DNA of 64,000 bases from Myxococcota bacterium (GCA_050618055.1 JBNLVK010000172.1:14644-78643), one strand, 5' to 3'. Shown: positions 47,283-59,630, counted from the first letter of the stretch. The notes: generated by a model from the letters alone, not told the origin. Made by a program: numbers and translations.

Positions 47283-48319
47283 TCAGCCCAGGCTCTGGCT
47301 CTGCTCCTGCACCGGCGGGCGGTGGGACGGATCGTGGGCGATGCGCACCGTGTGGCGCAGCGCCTCGATGGGCGGGTCCAGGTAGTCCTGGTGGATCGCC
47401 TCACACAGCTCCGCGTTGGTGTCGACGATCCAGGTGAGCGTCTTGTGCACGCCCCACTCCTGCACGTCCTCGACGTCCATCTGCACCAGCTGACCGCGGA
47501 AGCGCTCGAGCAGGTCCCAGGAGCTGCGCCGCGTGCCCGCTGCCTCCTCGCCGCGCAGGCGGATCAGCAGGCCGCGGGTGCGGTCCAGGTTGTGGAGCAC
47601 CGAGCGCGGGAAGGTGCGGTCGAGGATCAGGAAGCCCGCCACCGACGGACCCGAGAGCACGTGGGCGCTGCGCTTGAAGAACGGCTCGAAGGCCGAGCAG
47701 GAGCGCAGGATGGCCAGCCACTGGGCGGCGTCGACCGTCGTCTCGCTCTCGCCGGGCGCGTCGCCCAGCGCGTGGTGCTTCACGTCCAGGATGCGCGCCG
47801 TCTGGCCCACCCGCTCGACCGCGCGGCCCAGCTTCATGAAGACGAAGGGCTCCTCGTGGAGCATGGTCGAGTAGCAGATGCCGTGGAACAGCATGCACTG
47901 CTTGCACAGGTAGTCGTAGAAGGCGGCGCGATCCTTGTGGTAGAGGCGCTCGGCCTGCCGGTCGCGCAGCCACAGCCACAGGTCGTTGATCGACTCCCAC
48001 ATCTCCACGCTCATCGTCTCGCGGATCGTTCGTGCGTTCTCGCGGGCCCAGCGCATGGAGGAGAAGATCGAGGCGGGCGCCTCCGGATCCCAGGTGAGGT
48101 AGGACTGCACGGCCTCCGGGTCGTCGATGGCGCCGGCGCCCACCTGCTCGATGAAGTGCTCCTCGGCCCCGCTCACCACCACCAGCGGCCGCCAGCGCTC
48201 GGCCGACGGCAGGTCGGCGTCGAGCTGGAAGGCCTCGTTCACCTCGAGAAGCCGCGCCAGCGTGTCGACCCGCTCCAGGTAGCGGGTGAGCCAGAAGCAC
48301 GAGTCGGCGACGCGGGAGA

Positions 48320-48323
<4 letters not shown>
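47283..48323 (-). CDS. alpha-E domain protein (DUF403)
   Basis: This is the 3' part of track ORF 47283..49922. GTG at 48323 forms a GTGA overlap with the upstream stop. Sequence [25 protein letters not shown]...[27 protein letters not shown]. 346 aa. Confidence 0.85.
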
Positions 48324-49789
<1,466 letters not shown>

Positions 49790-49890
49790 GTCTCCTGATT
49801 ACACTACCCGGTAGTCGTCGCAAGGCCAGGAAACGGAAGTCGCGTCCGGCGCTTGCATTCTGGGCGGGTTTCCGCACAAGTGGGCACGAG

Positions 49891-52800
49891 ATGACGATCC
49901 GCGTCGCGCTACACCACCGCACGCTCTACCGCTACGACCGCCGCGTCGAGCTGTCGCCGCAGATCGTGCGGCTGCGCCCGGCCCCCCACTGCCGCACGCC
50001 GGTCACCAGCTACTCGCTGCGCATCGAGCCCGCGGGGCACTTCCTGAACTGGCAGCAGGATCCGCAGAGCAACTGGCTGGCGCGGCTGGTGTTCCCGGAC
50101 CCGGTGGAGCGCTTCGGCCTGACGGTGGATCTCGTCGCCGAGCTGTCGGTGCAGAACCCCTTCGACTTCTTCCTGGAGGAGTCGGCCGAGGAGTTCCCGT
50201 TCCAGTACGAGGGCTGGCTGTCGAAGGAGCTGGCGCCCTACCTGCAGACGCTGCCGGTGGGGCCCCGGCTGGCCGACTGGCTGGCCAGCATCGACCGCAC
50301 GCCGCGGCGCAGTGTCGACTTCCTGGTGGGGCTGAACCACCGGCTCTCCGAGGAGATCCGGTACCTGATCCGCATGGAGCCGGGCGTCCAGACCTGCGAG
50401 GAGACGCTCGAGCGCGGCAGCGGATCGTGTCGCGACACGGCCTGGCTGCTGGTGCAGGTGCTGCGCAACCTGGGGCTCGCCGCGCGCTTCGTGTCCGGGT
50501 ACCTCGTCCAGCTGCGCCCGGACCAGAAGCCGGTCGACGGACCCGCCGGCGCCGAGGAGGACTTCACCGACCTGCACGCCTGGGCCGAGGTGTACCTGCC
50601 CGGCGCGGGCTGGGTGGGTCTCGATCCCACGTCGGGGCTCTTCGCCGGCGAGGGTCACCTGCCGCTGGCCGCCACGCCGGATCCGGCTTCGGCGGCGCCG
50701 GTGAGCGGCGCGGTGGGCGAGTGCGAGGTGGAGTTCGAGTTCGAGATGCGGGTCGAGCGCATCCACGAGGACCCGCGCGTCACGCGTCCCTACACCGAAG
50801 AGGCCTGGCAGCGCATCGAGGCGCTGGGCGAGCGCATCGACGACGAGCTGCGCGCGGGCGACGTGCGGCTCACCATGGGCGGCGAGCCCACCTTCGTCTC
50901 CGCCATCGACATGGAAGGCGACGAGTGGAACTACACCGCCATGGGTCCCACCAAGCGCGGGCTGGCCGAGGCGCTGCTGCGCCGCATGCACGCGCGGCTG
51001 GCGCCGGGGGGGCTCCTCCACTTCGGTCAGGGCAAGTGGTACCCGGGCGAGCCGCTGCCGCGCTGGGCGCTGGCCTGCGTTGCGCGACGCGACGGGCTGC
51101 CGGTGTGGAACGAGCCGAAGCTCCTGGCCGACGGCGAGAGCGACCACGGCTTCGGCGCCGACCACGCCGAGCGCTTCGCCCGGCGGCTGGCCGAGGAGCT
51201 GGCGGTCGACCCGGACTACGCGGTGCCGGCCTACGAGGATCCGGTGGATCACCTGCGCCGCGAGGGGCGCCTGCCGCTGAACGTGGATCCTTTCGACAGC
51301 AAGCTCGAGGACCCGAAGGAGCGCGAGCGGCTGCGGCGCGTGTTCGAGCGCGGGCTCGGCACGCCGGTGGGCATGGCGCTGCCGCTCCAGCGCGTGCGCG
51401 GCGCCAGCGGACCCGAGTGGCAGAGCGGCCTGTGGATGCTGCGCGGGAAGCACCTGGTGCTGATCCCCGGCGACTCGCCGCTGGGCCTGCGGCTGCCGCT
51501 CTCGAGCCTGCCCTGGCAGGATCCGGAGCGTGCCGACTACAGCGAGCCGCTCGATCCCATGGCGCCGCGCCAGCCGCTGGCGCCGCCCACGCGACCGCCG
51601 CGGCGCGAGCCGCCGGTGCGCATGAGCCTGCGCGGCGCCGCCGACCCCGAGCGCGAGCGCGTGAACGAGCAGCGCCTGCCGCACGACGCGGACCGCGTGC
51701 CGGGGGCCGGCGAGTCGGCCGACTGGGTGGTGCGCTCGGCGCTGTGCGTCGAGGCCCGCGAGGGACGCCTCCACGTCTTCCTGCCGCCGCTGCGCACCGC
51801 CGACGACTTCCTCGAGCTGGTGTCGGCGGTGGAGGCGACCGCAGCGGAGCTCGACATGCCCGTGGTGGTCGAGGGCTACCCGCCGCCGGCGGATCCGCGC
51901 CTCGACCGCTTCAGCGTGACGCCGGACCCGGGCGTGCTCGAGGTGAACGTGCGACCCGCCGAGAGCTGGCGCCAGCTGGTGGACGAGACCACCGCGCTCT
52001 ACGAGGACGCGCGCCAGCTCCACCTGGGCACCGAGAAGTTCATGCTCGACGGCCGTCACAGCGGCACCGGCGGCGGCAACCACATCGTGCTGGGGGGACC
52101 CTCGGCGCCGGACAGCCCGCTCTTGCGTCGCCCCGACCTGCTGCGCAGCCTGCTGGGCTTCTGGCTCGACCATCCATCGCTCTCCTACCTCTTCTCCGGC
52201 CTCTTCATCGGTCCCACCAGCCAGGCGCCGCGCATCGACGAGGCGCGCCACGAGAGCGTCTACGAGCTGGCCATCGCCTTCGAGCAGATCCCCGACCCGG
52301 GCGCGGGCGAGTGCCCGCCCTGGCTGGTCGACCGCATCTTCCGCCACCTGCTGACCGACGTGACCGGCAACACCCACCGGGCCGAGTTCTGCATCGACAA
52401 GCTCTACGCGCCCGAGAGCTCGACCGGACGGCTCGGGCTGCTCGAGCTGCGCGCCTTCGAGATGCCGCCCCACGCGCGCATGAGCCTGACCCAGCAGCTG
52501 CTGCTGCGCGCGCTGGTGGCCTGGTTCTGGCGCGAGCCCTACCGGAGCGAGCTGCCGCGCTGGGGTACCCAGCTGCACGACCGCTTCCTGCTGCCCCACT
52601 TCGTCGACCAGGACTTCCGCGGCGTGCTGCGCGACCTGACGGAAGCCGGCTACCCCTTCGAGCGCGCCTGGTTCGACGCCCACTTCGAGTTCCGCTTCCC
52701 GAAGGTGGGCAGCGTGGCGCCCCACGGTGTGGAGATCGAGCTGCGCAATGCCATCGAGCCCTGGCACGTGCTGGGCGAGGAGCCCGGCTCGGGCGGCACG

Positions 52801-53241
52801 GTGCGCAACGTGGACTCGTCGCTCGAGCGCATCCAGGTGCGGGTGCGCGGGCTGGCCGGCGATCGCCATGCGGTGGCCTGCAACGGCCGGGCGCTGCCGC
52901 TGCGGCCCACCGGCGTCGAGGACGAGTGGGTGGCGGGCGTGCGCTTCCGCGCCTGGCAGCCGCCCTCCTGCCTGCACCCGACCATCCCGGTGCACGCGCC
53001 GCTGGTCTTCGACCTGGTGGACCGACGCGCCGGCCGCTCGCTGGGCGGCTGCACCTACCGGGTCGTCCACCCGGGCGGACGCAGCTACGACACCTTCCCG
53101 GTCAACGCCAACGAGGCCGAGGCCCGCCGCGCGGCGCGCTTCGAGCCGTTCGGTCACACTCCGGGTCCGATGGAGCTGGGCGAGCCGGAGCGCAACCCCC
53201 AGTTCCCGCACACCCTGGACCTCCGACGGAGACCCGCTTGA
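49891..53241 (+). CDS. large transglutaminase-family protein (N-terminal transglutaminase core plus DUF2126-type region)
   Basis: 1116 aa. Sequence [17 protein letters not shown]. The catalytic triad context is intact ([32 protein letters not shown]). Confidence 0.9.
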   Translation: MTIRVALHHRTLYRYDRRVELSPQIVRLRPAPHCRTPVTSYSLRIEPAGHFLNWQQDPQSNWLARLVFPDPVERFGLTVDLVAELSVQNPFDFFLEESAEEFPFQYEGWLSKELAPYLQTLPVGPRLADWLASIDRTPRRSVDFLVGLNHRLSEEIRYLIRMEPGVQTCEETLERGSGSCRDTAWLLVQVLRNLGLAARFVSGYLVQLRPDQKPVDGPAGAEEDFTDLHAWAEVYLPGAGWVGLDPTSGLFAGEGHLPLAATPDPASAAPVSGAVGECEVEFEFEMRVERIHEDPRVTRPYTEEAWQRIEALGERIDDELRAGDVRLTMGGEPTFVSAIDMEGDEWNYTAMGPTKRGLAEALLRRMHARLAPGGLLHFGQGKWYPGEPLPRWALACVARRDGLPVWNEPKLLADGESDHGFGADHAERFARRLAEELAVDPDYAVPAYEDPVDHLRREGRLPLNVDPFDSKLEDPKERERLRRVFERGLGTPVGMALPLQRVRGASGPEWQSGLWMLRGKHLVLIPGDSPLGLRLPLSSLPWQDPERADYSEPLDPMAPRQPLAPPTRPPRREPPVRMSLRGAADPERERVNEQRLPHDADRVPGAGESADWVVRSALCVEAREGRLHVFLPPLRTADDFLELVSAVEATAAELDMPVVVEGYPPPADPRLDRFSVTPDPGVLEVNVRPAESWRQLVDETTALYEDARQLHLGTEKFMLDGRHSGTGGGNHIVLGGPSAPDSPLLRRPDLLRSLLGFWLDHPSLSYLFSGLFIGPTSQAPRIDEARHESVYELAIAFEQIPDPGAGECPPWLVDRIFRHLLTDVTGNTHRAEFCIDKLYAPESSTGRLGLLELRAFEMPPHARMSLTQQLLLRALVAWFWREPYRSELPRWGTQLHDRFLLPHFVDQDFRGVLRDLTEAGYPFERAWFDAHFEFRFPKVGSVAPHGVEIELRNAIEPWHVLGEEPGSGGTVRNVDSSLERIQVRVRGLAGDRHAVACNGRALPLRPTGVEDEWVAGVRFRAWQPPSCLHPTIPVHAPLVFDLVDRRAGRSLGGCTYRVVHPGGRSYDTFPVNANEAEARRAARFEPFGHTPGPMELGEPERNPQFPHTLDLRRRPA

Positions 53242-55739
53242 CGGTCGCGGTGAAGGGACACTGGGACGAGACCGCCCGCCCCGACGGCGCTCCCAGCCCG
53301 GCCTGGCAGCGCCTGATGGGGGCGCTCGAGCGGCTGGGCAGCGGCGAGCTGATGGTGCGCTGGGAGCAGGCGCGCCGGCTGCTCCAGGAGAACGGCGTCA
53401 CCTACAACGTCTACGGCGATCCGCGCGGCGTCGAGCGACCCTGGCAGCTCGACGCCGTCCCCATGCTGCTCGAGTCGCAGGAGTGGGCGGGCATCGAGGC
53501 GGCCGTGGCGCAGCGGGCCATGCTGCTCGACCGGGTGCTGGCCGACCTCTACGGACCGCAGCGGCTGCTGCGCGAAGACCTGCTGCCGCCGGAGCTGGTG
53601 TTCGCGCACCCGGGCTTCCTGCGCGCCTGCCACGGGCTGGCGGTGCCCGGCGATCGCTGGCTGCACGTCTACGCCGTCGACCTGGCGCGCTCGCCGGACG
53701 GCCAGTGGTGGGTGATCGCCGACCGCACCCAGGCGCCGTCGGGTGCGGGCTACACGCTGGAGAACCGGGTGGTGATGTCGCGGGTCATGCCCGAGGTGTT
53801 CCGCGAGTTCAACGTGAACCGGCTGGCCGGCTTCTTCCAGACCTACCGCGACTCGCTGCGCCGGCTGGCGCCGCCGGGCACCGACGCGCCGCGCATCGTG
53901 CTGCTGACGCCGGGTCCGTACAACGAGACCTACTTCGAGCACGCGTACCTGGCCCGCTACCTCGACTTCACGCTGGTGGAGGGCGCCGACCTGACGGTGC
54001 GCGACCAGCGCGTGTTCCTGAAGACGCTCCAGGGGCTTCAGCCGGTCGACGTCATCCTGCGCCGCCAGGACGCCCACTTCTGCGATCCGCTGGAGCTGTG
54101 GGGCGAGAGCGCGCTGGGCGTGCCCGGCCTGGTGCAGGCGGTGCGCGCCGGCAACGTGACCATCGCCAACGCGCTGGGGTCGGGCCTGGTGGAGACCAGC
54201 ACGATCATGGCCTTCCTGCCCGGCCTGTGCCGCCACCTGCTGGGCGAAGAGCTGCGCATGCCGTCGGTGGCCACCTGGTGGTGCGGTCAGGACCGGGAGC
54301 GCGAGTACACGCTGGCGCACCTGGACGAGCTGGTGCTGAAGCCCGCCTTCGCCGGTCCGGCGGGGCCCGACCAGGAGGTGGTGTTCGGCGGCGAGCGAAC
54401 GCAGGAGCAGCAGGGCGAGCTGGCCGAGCGCATTCGCGCGAAGCCCCACCGCTGGGTCGCCCAGGAGAAGGTGGCGCTCTCGACCGTGCCCACCGGCGAC
54501 CAGGACGGTCTCCAGCCGCGGCACATGGTGCTGCGCGTCTACGCGGTGGCCGACGGCGACGGCGGCTGGTCGGTCATGCCCGGCGGGCTCACGCGCGTGT
54601 CGAGCACGGCGGACAGCCTGGTGGTGTCGAGCCAGCGGGGCGGCGCCAGCAAGGACACCTGGGTGCTGTCCGACGCGCCGACGCCCTACGTGAGCCTGCT
54701 GCCGGCGGAGGGTCGGGCCGCCGACGTGTCGCGCGCCAGCTACTCGCTGACGAGCCGCACGGCGGACAATCTCTTCTGGCTGGGACGCGGCAGCGAGCGC
54801 ATCGAGGCGAGCCTGCGCCTGGTGCGCGCGGCCCTCCAGACCCTGGCCGAGGAGCCGCTGCGTCCGGCCGACGCGCCGCTGCCCGAGGCGGTGGCGCTGG
54901 TCGAGCGGTTGAAGCTGCTGCCCGAAGGCGACGAGGAGGGCGTCGGCCCGGAGGAACGGCTGTTCGCCGCGCTCTTCGACCGGGCGCAGCCCGGGTCGGT
55001 GGCGGGCAGCATTGCCGAGGTGCACCGGCTGGCCTGGCTGCTGCGCGACCGCATCTCGCCCGACGCCTGGCGCGTGCTGAGCCGCATCGACCAGGCGTTC
55101 GTGGCGCCCGACGTGCACCCGGCGCTGCGTGTCTCGGGCGTGCTCGAGCTGCTGGACGACACGCTGCTGCGCATTGCCGCCTTCACCGGACTGGTGGTCG
55201 AGGGCATGACCCGCGGCCTGGGCTGGCAGTTCCTGGAGGTGGGCCGGCGCGTCGAGCGCGGCATCCAGATCGCCGAGCTGCTGCGGGAGAGCCTGGTGGA
55301 GGAGCTGCCGGAGGGGTCGCGCCTGCTCGAGACCGTGCTGACGGTGGCCGACTCGTCCATGACCTACCGCTCGCGCTACCAGTCGTCGCTCCAGCTCCTG
55401 CTGGTGCTCGACCTGCTGCTGCTCGACGAGCTGAACCCGCGCTCGCTGACCTTTCAGCTGCTGGGGCTGGAGGAACGCTTCCGCGGTCTGCACCGCGCGC
55501 CCCACGACGCGCTGGCGGCGCTGGTGGCGCTGGTGCGCGAGACGCCGCTCGACGCGCTGGTGGCGCTGCAGCCGTCGACCGACGGGGGACCGGCGCGGCG
55601 TCCGGAGCTCGCGCGCGTGCTCGACGGCGTGCGCAGCGGCCTGCCCGAGCTGGCCGACGCGCTGAACCACGCCTACCTGAGCCACGCGCTGCCGTTCCGC
55701 CAGGGGCCCGGCTTCCGCCCCGGAGAGGGAGAGGTCTAG
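53238..55739 (+). CDS. fused circularly permuted ATP-grasp + alpha-E domain protein
   Basis: This is the 3' part of track ORF 50427..55739. The start is TTG 53238 (TTGA overlap) or GTG 53250. ATP-grasp motifs (WWVIADRTQAPSGAGYTLENR, NALGSGLVETS) are followed by alpha-E motifs (ADNLFWLGRGSERIEASLRL). Confidence 0.85.
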   Translation: MTVAVKGHWDETARPDGAPSPAWQRLMGALERLGSGELMVRWEQARRLLQENGVTYNVYGDPRGVERPWQLDAVPMLLESQEWAGIEAAVAQRAMLLDRVLADLYGPQRLLREDLLPPELVFAHPGFLRACHGLAVPGDRWLHVYAVDLARSPDGQWWVIADRTQAPSGAGYTLENRVVMSRVMPEVFREFNVNRLAGFFQTYRDSLRRLAPPGTDAPRIVLLTPGPYNETYFEHAYLARYLDFTLVEGADLTVRDQRVFLKTLQGLQPVDVILRRQDAHFCDPLELWGESALGVPGLVQAVRAGNVTIANALGSGLVETSTIMAFLPGLCRHLLGEELRMPSVATWWCGQDREREYTLAHLDELVLKPAFAGPAGPDQEVVFGGERTQEQQGELAERIRAKPHRWVAQEKVALSTVPTGDQDGLQPRHMVLRVYAVADGDGGWSVMPGGLTRVSSTADSLVVSSQRGGASKDTWVLSDAPTPYVSLLPAEGRAADVSRASYSLTSRTADNLFWLGRGSERIEASLRLVRAALQTLAEEPLRPADAPLPEAVALVERLKLLPEGDEEGVGPEERLFAALFDRAQPGSVAGSIAEVHRLAWLLRDRISPDAWRVLSRIDQAFVAPDVHPALRVSGVLELLDDTLLRIAAFTGLVVEGMTRGLGWQFLEVGRRVERGIQIAELLRESLVEELPEGSRLLETVLTVADSSMTYRSRYQSSLQLLLVLDLLLLDELNPRSLTFQLLGLEERFRGLHRAPHDALAALVALVRETPLDALVALQPSTDGGPARRPELARVLDGVRSGLPELADALNHAYLSHALPFRQGPGFRPGEGEV

Positions 55740-56665
55740 TGCTGTACGCCCTGCGCCACCGGACCACCTACGAGTACAGCGACACGGCGGTGATCTCCCA
55801 CAACCTGGGCCACCTGCTGCCGCGCAGCTCGGAGCACCAGACGCTCCACAAGCTGGAGCTGGGCATCGATCCGAGCCCGGCGGCGGTGCAGTGGCACCGC
55901 GACTACTTCGGCAACGACGTGGTGTTCTTCGCGCTCCAGCAGCCCCACGAGCGGCTGGTGGTGAACGCCGAGAGCCGGGTGGAGGTGAAGCCGCGCGCGG
56001 CGCTGCGCCTCGAGGCGTCGCCACCCTGGGAGGAGGTGGTGGAGAGCGTGCGGCGGGGACGCGACGACGCGTCGCTGGCGGCCTACGAGATGGTCTGGGA
56101 GTCGCCGTTCGTCTCCACCGGTCCCGACTTCGCCGACTACGCGCGCGCCGCGTTCACGCCGGGCCGGCCCCTGGCCGAGGCGCTGCTCGACCTGAACGCG
56201 CGCATGCACCGCGAGTTCCGCTACGACCCGGAGGCCACCACCCTGGCCACGCCCATCGAGGAGGTGCTGGCCCAGCGCCACGGCGTCTGCCAGGACTTCG
56301 CGCACCTGATGATCGGCTGCCTGCGGTCGCTGGGGCTGCCGGCGCGCTACGTGAGCGGCTACCTGAAGAGCGCCGAGCCGAAGAAGAAGCAGGAGAAGCA
56401 GAAGCAGGCGGCCGCCGGCGAGGCCGACCTGGTGGGATCCGAGGCCTCCCACGCCTGGGTGTCCGCCTGGTGTCCCGCCAACGGCTGGATCGACGTGGAC
56501 CCGACCAACGACGTGGTGCCCTCGGAGCGCCACGTGGTGCTGGCCCACGGCCGCGACTACGACGACGTGAGCCCGCTGAAGGGCGTGACCCTCGGCGGGG
56601 GCGGCCACACGGTGACCGTGGCCGTGTCGGTGCGGCCGGTGGAGGAGGTGGAGGCCTCCGCCTGA
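55739..56665 (+). CDS. transglutaminase-family protein (small form, intact Cys-His-Asp)
   Basis: GTG at 55739 overlaps the upstream TAG by 1 nt. Sequence LYALRHRTTYEYS, with HGVCQDFAH and SHAWVSAW...DVDPTN. 308 aa. Confidence 0.88.
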   Translation: MLYALRHRTTYEYSDTAVISHNLGHLLPRSSEHQTLHKLELGIDPSPAAVQWHRDYFGNDVVFFALQQPHERLVVNAESRVEVKPRAALRLEASPPWEEVVESVRRGRDDASLAAYEMVWESPFVSTGPDFADYARAAFTPGRPLAEALLDLNARMHREFRYDPEATTLATPIEEVLAQRHGVCQDFAHLMIGCLRSLGLPARYVSGYLKSAEPKKKQEKQKQAAAGEADLVGSEASHAWVSAWCPANGWIDVDPTNDVVPSERHVVLAHGRDYDDVSPLKGVTLGGGGHTVTVAVSVRPVEEVEASA

Positions 56666-56688
56666 CGCGCGCCTGCTAGGGTAGGTAG

Positions 56689-57924
56689 GTGAAGACGGGG
56701 TACGGCAGGGCGTTCGGGGCGATCGGGCTCTGGCTGTGCATCGCGGCCGCGCCCGGCTTCGCCGAGGACGAGCCCGACCTGGGAAAGCCCGAAGCCGCCT
56801 GCCAGGCGGGTAGCGGCGCGGCCTGCGCCTACGTCGGCCGCCTGCTGCTGGTCGGCGCCCGGGGCGAGGAGCGCGCGGCCGAGGGGCGGGCGCTCCTCGA
56901 ACGCGGCTGCGAGCTCGAAGACGCGGACGCCTGCCTGCTCTTCGGCTCGGCGCTGCGCCAGGGTCTGGGCGGCCCCGCCGACGAGGCGGCAGGCGCGCGG
57001 GCCCACGAGAAGGGCTGCGACCTCGGCGCGGGGCTGGCGTGCACCCAGCTCGGTCTCGCCTTCATGCGCGGCAGCGTGGTGGAGCAGGACGACGCCCGTG
57101 CGCGCCAGCTCTTCGAGCGCGGCTGCGCGCTGGGCGACGCACAGGGGTGTCACAACCTGGGCGTCTACAGGCGCGACGGCCGAGGCGGGCCGGTCGACAC
57201 CGACGGCGCCCTCGCCGCCTTCCGGACCGGCTGCGACCTGGGCGACCTGACCCCCTGCGCCGACGTCGGCGCCAGCCTGGCGCGGGGCCGGCTCGGCCCC
57301 GAGCACGCAGCAGAGGGCCGCACGCTGCTGGCGCGCTCCTGCGACGGCGGCTTCGCCCGCGCCTGCAACGACCTGGCCGTCGCCTTCCGCCAGGGCGACG
57401 GCGGCCCCGCCGACCTGGAGGAGAACCTGCGCCTGCACGAGCGCGCCTGCGAGCTGGACTACGCGCCGAGCTGCACCCAGGCCGGCAACGCCTACCTGCA
57501 AGGGAAGGTGGTGGAGAAGGACCCGGCCCGCGCGACGGCCTTCTACGAGAAGGCCTGCCAGGGCGAGGACGAGACCGGCTGCCACAACCTGGCGGTCGCG
57601 CAGCGCGGGAGCACCGGCGCGGTCACGACGAAGATCGGCTCGATGACGGTCGGCTCGCGCGGCCGCACCGCCACCTTCCGCGACGTCGAGTCGAGCTGCG
57701 GGATGATCGCGATCACGGCGGCCTTCGGCGGCGCGGCGGCGGGCATTCGCGAGTGCCTGGACCGGGGCGGGAGCCGGCGCGTCAGCCTGGTCATCGAGGC
57801 GGGCCGGCTGGCGAGCGCCCGCGTCGAGCCCGACGACGAGGTGGGCGAGTGCATCGTGGATGCGATCGGCGGCGCTCCGCTCGGAAACTTCACCTGCACG
57901 CTCGACGCCACGGTGTCGCGCTAG
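56689..57924 (+). CDS. exported Sel1-like (Hcp-type Cys-paired) repeat protein with a C-terminal 4-Cys domain
   Basis: 411 aa with a GTG start. Signal peptide WLCIAAAPGFA|ED. There are about 8 repeats of the C-x(6-8)-C...G-x-G type (e.g. GCELEDADACLLFG, GCALGDAQGCHNLG). Confidence 0.8.
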   Translation: MKTGYGRAFGAIGLWLCIAAAPGFAEDEPDLGKPEAACQAGSGAACAYVGRLLLVGARGEERAAEGRALLERGCELEDADACLLFGSALRQGLGGPADEAAGARAHEKGCDLGAGLACTQLGLAFMRGSVVEQDDARARQLFERGCALGDAQGCHNLGVYRRDGRGGPVDTDGALAAFRTGCDLGDLTPCADVGASLARGRLGPEHAAEGRTLLARSCDGGFARACNDLAVAFRQGDGGPADLEENLRLHERACELDYAPSCTQAGNAYLQGKVVEKDPARATAFYEKACQGEDETGCHNLAVAQRGSTGAVTTKIGSMTVGSRGRTATFRDVESSCGMIAITAAFGGAAAGIRECLDRGGSRRVSLVIEAGRLASARVEPDDEVGECIVDAIGGAPLGNFTCTLDATVSR

Positions 57925-57944
57925 CGGATATCAGGGAGAGTGAG

Positions 57945-59033
57945 ATGAGATCGATGTGCTGGCTCGTGCGGGTCGTCTGCAGCCTGGGGCTCGCGTTCGC
58001 GGCGGTCGCGGCGAGCGCAGAGGAAGGTGTTCCCGCGGTGGAGTACCCCACCCTTCCCGACCGCGCCGCGTCCGCGGCGGAGCTGGTGCCCGAGGGCTGG
58101 GTCGTCGAGGAGGAGATCGCGGGCGACCTGAACGCCGACGGCTCCGACGACGTGACGCTCGTGCTGCGCATGAACGACCCGAAGAACGTCGTCGAGAACG
58201 AGGACCTGGGCGCGGACCGCCTCGACACGAACCCGCGCATGCTGGTGGTCGCCTTTGCCGACCCGGAGGCGGAGGGCCTGGCGCTCGCGCTGGCCGACCA
58301 CACCCTCATTCCGCGTCACACCGACCCTGTGATGGAGGACCCCTTCGGCGGCGTGGAGGTGTCGCGCGGGTCGCTGCGCGTGCTGGTGGGCCTGTGGATG
58401 AGCGCCGGCGGCTGGAGCACCACGAACACGAAGCTCACCTTCCGCCACCAGGACGGCTGCTTCCGCCTGATTGGCTACGACGGCACCGAGATGCAGCGCA
58501 ACACGGGCAGGCTCTCGCAGGTGAGCGTCAACTACCTGACCCGTAAGGCCCAGCGCAAGTGGGGCTACAGCGACGAAGCGATGAACGAGACCTGGGAGGA
58601 GGTGCCGGAGGCGAAGCTCCCCTGCCTGGAAGAGGTGGGCGACGCGCTGGAGTTCACGCCGGGCCTGGCGCCGCGGTCGGAGCGCGCGGAGGAGATGCTC
58701 GAGGCGGCGGCGAAGAAGGAGCCCGAGTGGTCGACGCGGGTCGCGGAGATGAAGCTCGGCTCGGGCGCGGAGTCAGTGACCCTGAAGGGGGTCCGGGCGA
58801 CGTGCGGGGAAGACCCGCTGCGCGAAGCGCTGGCGACGACGGCAGCAGAGCTATCCGCCTGCCTCTCGGAAGGAAAGACGGCCCACGTGACCGCGGCCTT
58901 CGCGGACGGCCGGGTCGCGACGCGGGTGGAGCCGGAGGATGAGGCGAGCTACTGCGTGGTCGAGGCGATGGACCGGGCGCATTTCGATGATCTCCAGTGC
59001 GTGTTCGATGCGAGGGTATCGGTAGGGCCCTGA
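57945..59033 (+). CDS. exported protein with an FG-GAP-like Ca-binding motif and the same C-terminal 4-Cys domain
   Basis: This is the 3' part of track ORF 57039..59033. ATG at 57945 follows GGGAGAG. Signal peptide VVCSLGLAFAAVAASA|EE. Motif DLNADGSDD. 362 aa. Confidence 0.65.
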   Translation: MRSMCWLVRVVCSLGLAFAAVAASAEEGVPAVEYPTLPDRAASAAELVPEGWVVEEEIAGDLNADGSDDVTLVLRMNDPKNVVENEDLGADRLDTNPRMLVVAFADPEAEGLALALADHTLIPRHTDPVMEDPFGGVEVSRGSLRVLVGLWMSAGGWSTTNTKLTFRHQDGCFRLIGYDGTEMQRNTGRLSQVSVNYLTRKAQRKWGYSDEAMNETWEEVPEAKLPCLEEVGDALEFTPGLAPRSERAEEMLEAAAKKEPEWSTRVAEMKLGSGAESVTLKGVRATCGEDPLREALATTAAELSACLSEGKTAHVTAAFADGRVATRVEPEDEASYCVVEAMDRAHFDDLQCVFDARVSVGP

Positions 59034-59168
59034 ATCCAGGCTCCGGCCAAGCCCTGCTTGCGCCGACAAGCGATGGATCCTGCCCGACACCATGCAGTTT
59101 CTGGCATGCTGTACCTCTTCATCGAGGCCATCTCTCGTCGATCGGCCCACAGCAAGAGGTCCTGCCCC

Positions 59169-59630
59169 ATGACGTCTCGGTTTGGCTCCGTGGCTCTCGC
59201 GCTCATCTCAGGCATCGCACTAGGAATCGTCGGATACGCAGCCTACCGCGGCGACCTGCGCTGGACGCCCCCGGCGGAGGCCGAGCTGGCGGCCCGGGAA
59301 GCCCAGCCCGAGGTCGCTGCGGCGCCGCCGAAGCAGGCGGCACCCGCCAAGCCGAGCCCGCTACCCAAGCTCCCCGTCTCGCTCAACCACTACGAGAACC
59401 GCCGGGGGCGAGGCTATATCGTCCAGATCCACAACCAGTCGCAGAAGCATCTGGCCGTCCTCATCGAGCTCGAGAACCCGACGCTCGAGCAGGAGCAGAA
59501 CGCGGCCGTTCAGCTCGCCCCGGGCGAGATCCGCGAGATCGGAGAGGCTCAGGGCTGGACCTTCGTCTCCGGGGAGACGATCCGCGTAAGGCAGAAGGGC
59601 TACCAGACCGCTTCGCTGACGATTCCGTAG
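59169..59630 (+). CDS. hypothetical single-pass membrane protein
   Basis: The internal ATG at 59169 is used. TM segment FGSVALALISGIALGIVGYAAY. A Pro/Ala linker precedes a ~70-aa beta-rich C-terminal region. 153 aa. This is the first gene of the low-GC cassette. Confidence 0.5.
   Translation: MTSRFGSVALALISGIALGIVGYAAYRGDLRWTPPAEAELAAREAQPEVAAAPPKQAAPAKPSPLPKLPVSLNHYENRRGRGYIVQIHNQSQKHLAVLIELENPTLEQEQNAAVQLAPGEIREIGEAQGWTFVSGETIRVRQKGYQTASLTIP

Noticed and set aside
49909-56024. Minus-strand ORFs 49909..53211 (1100 aa) and 53154..56024 (956 aa)
   Set aside because: They are antisense to the transglutaminase and cpATP-grasp/alpha-E genes. They are Arg/Ala/Gly-rich, and their sequences have no domain signature.
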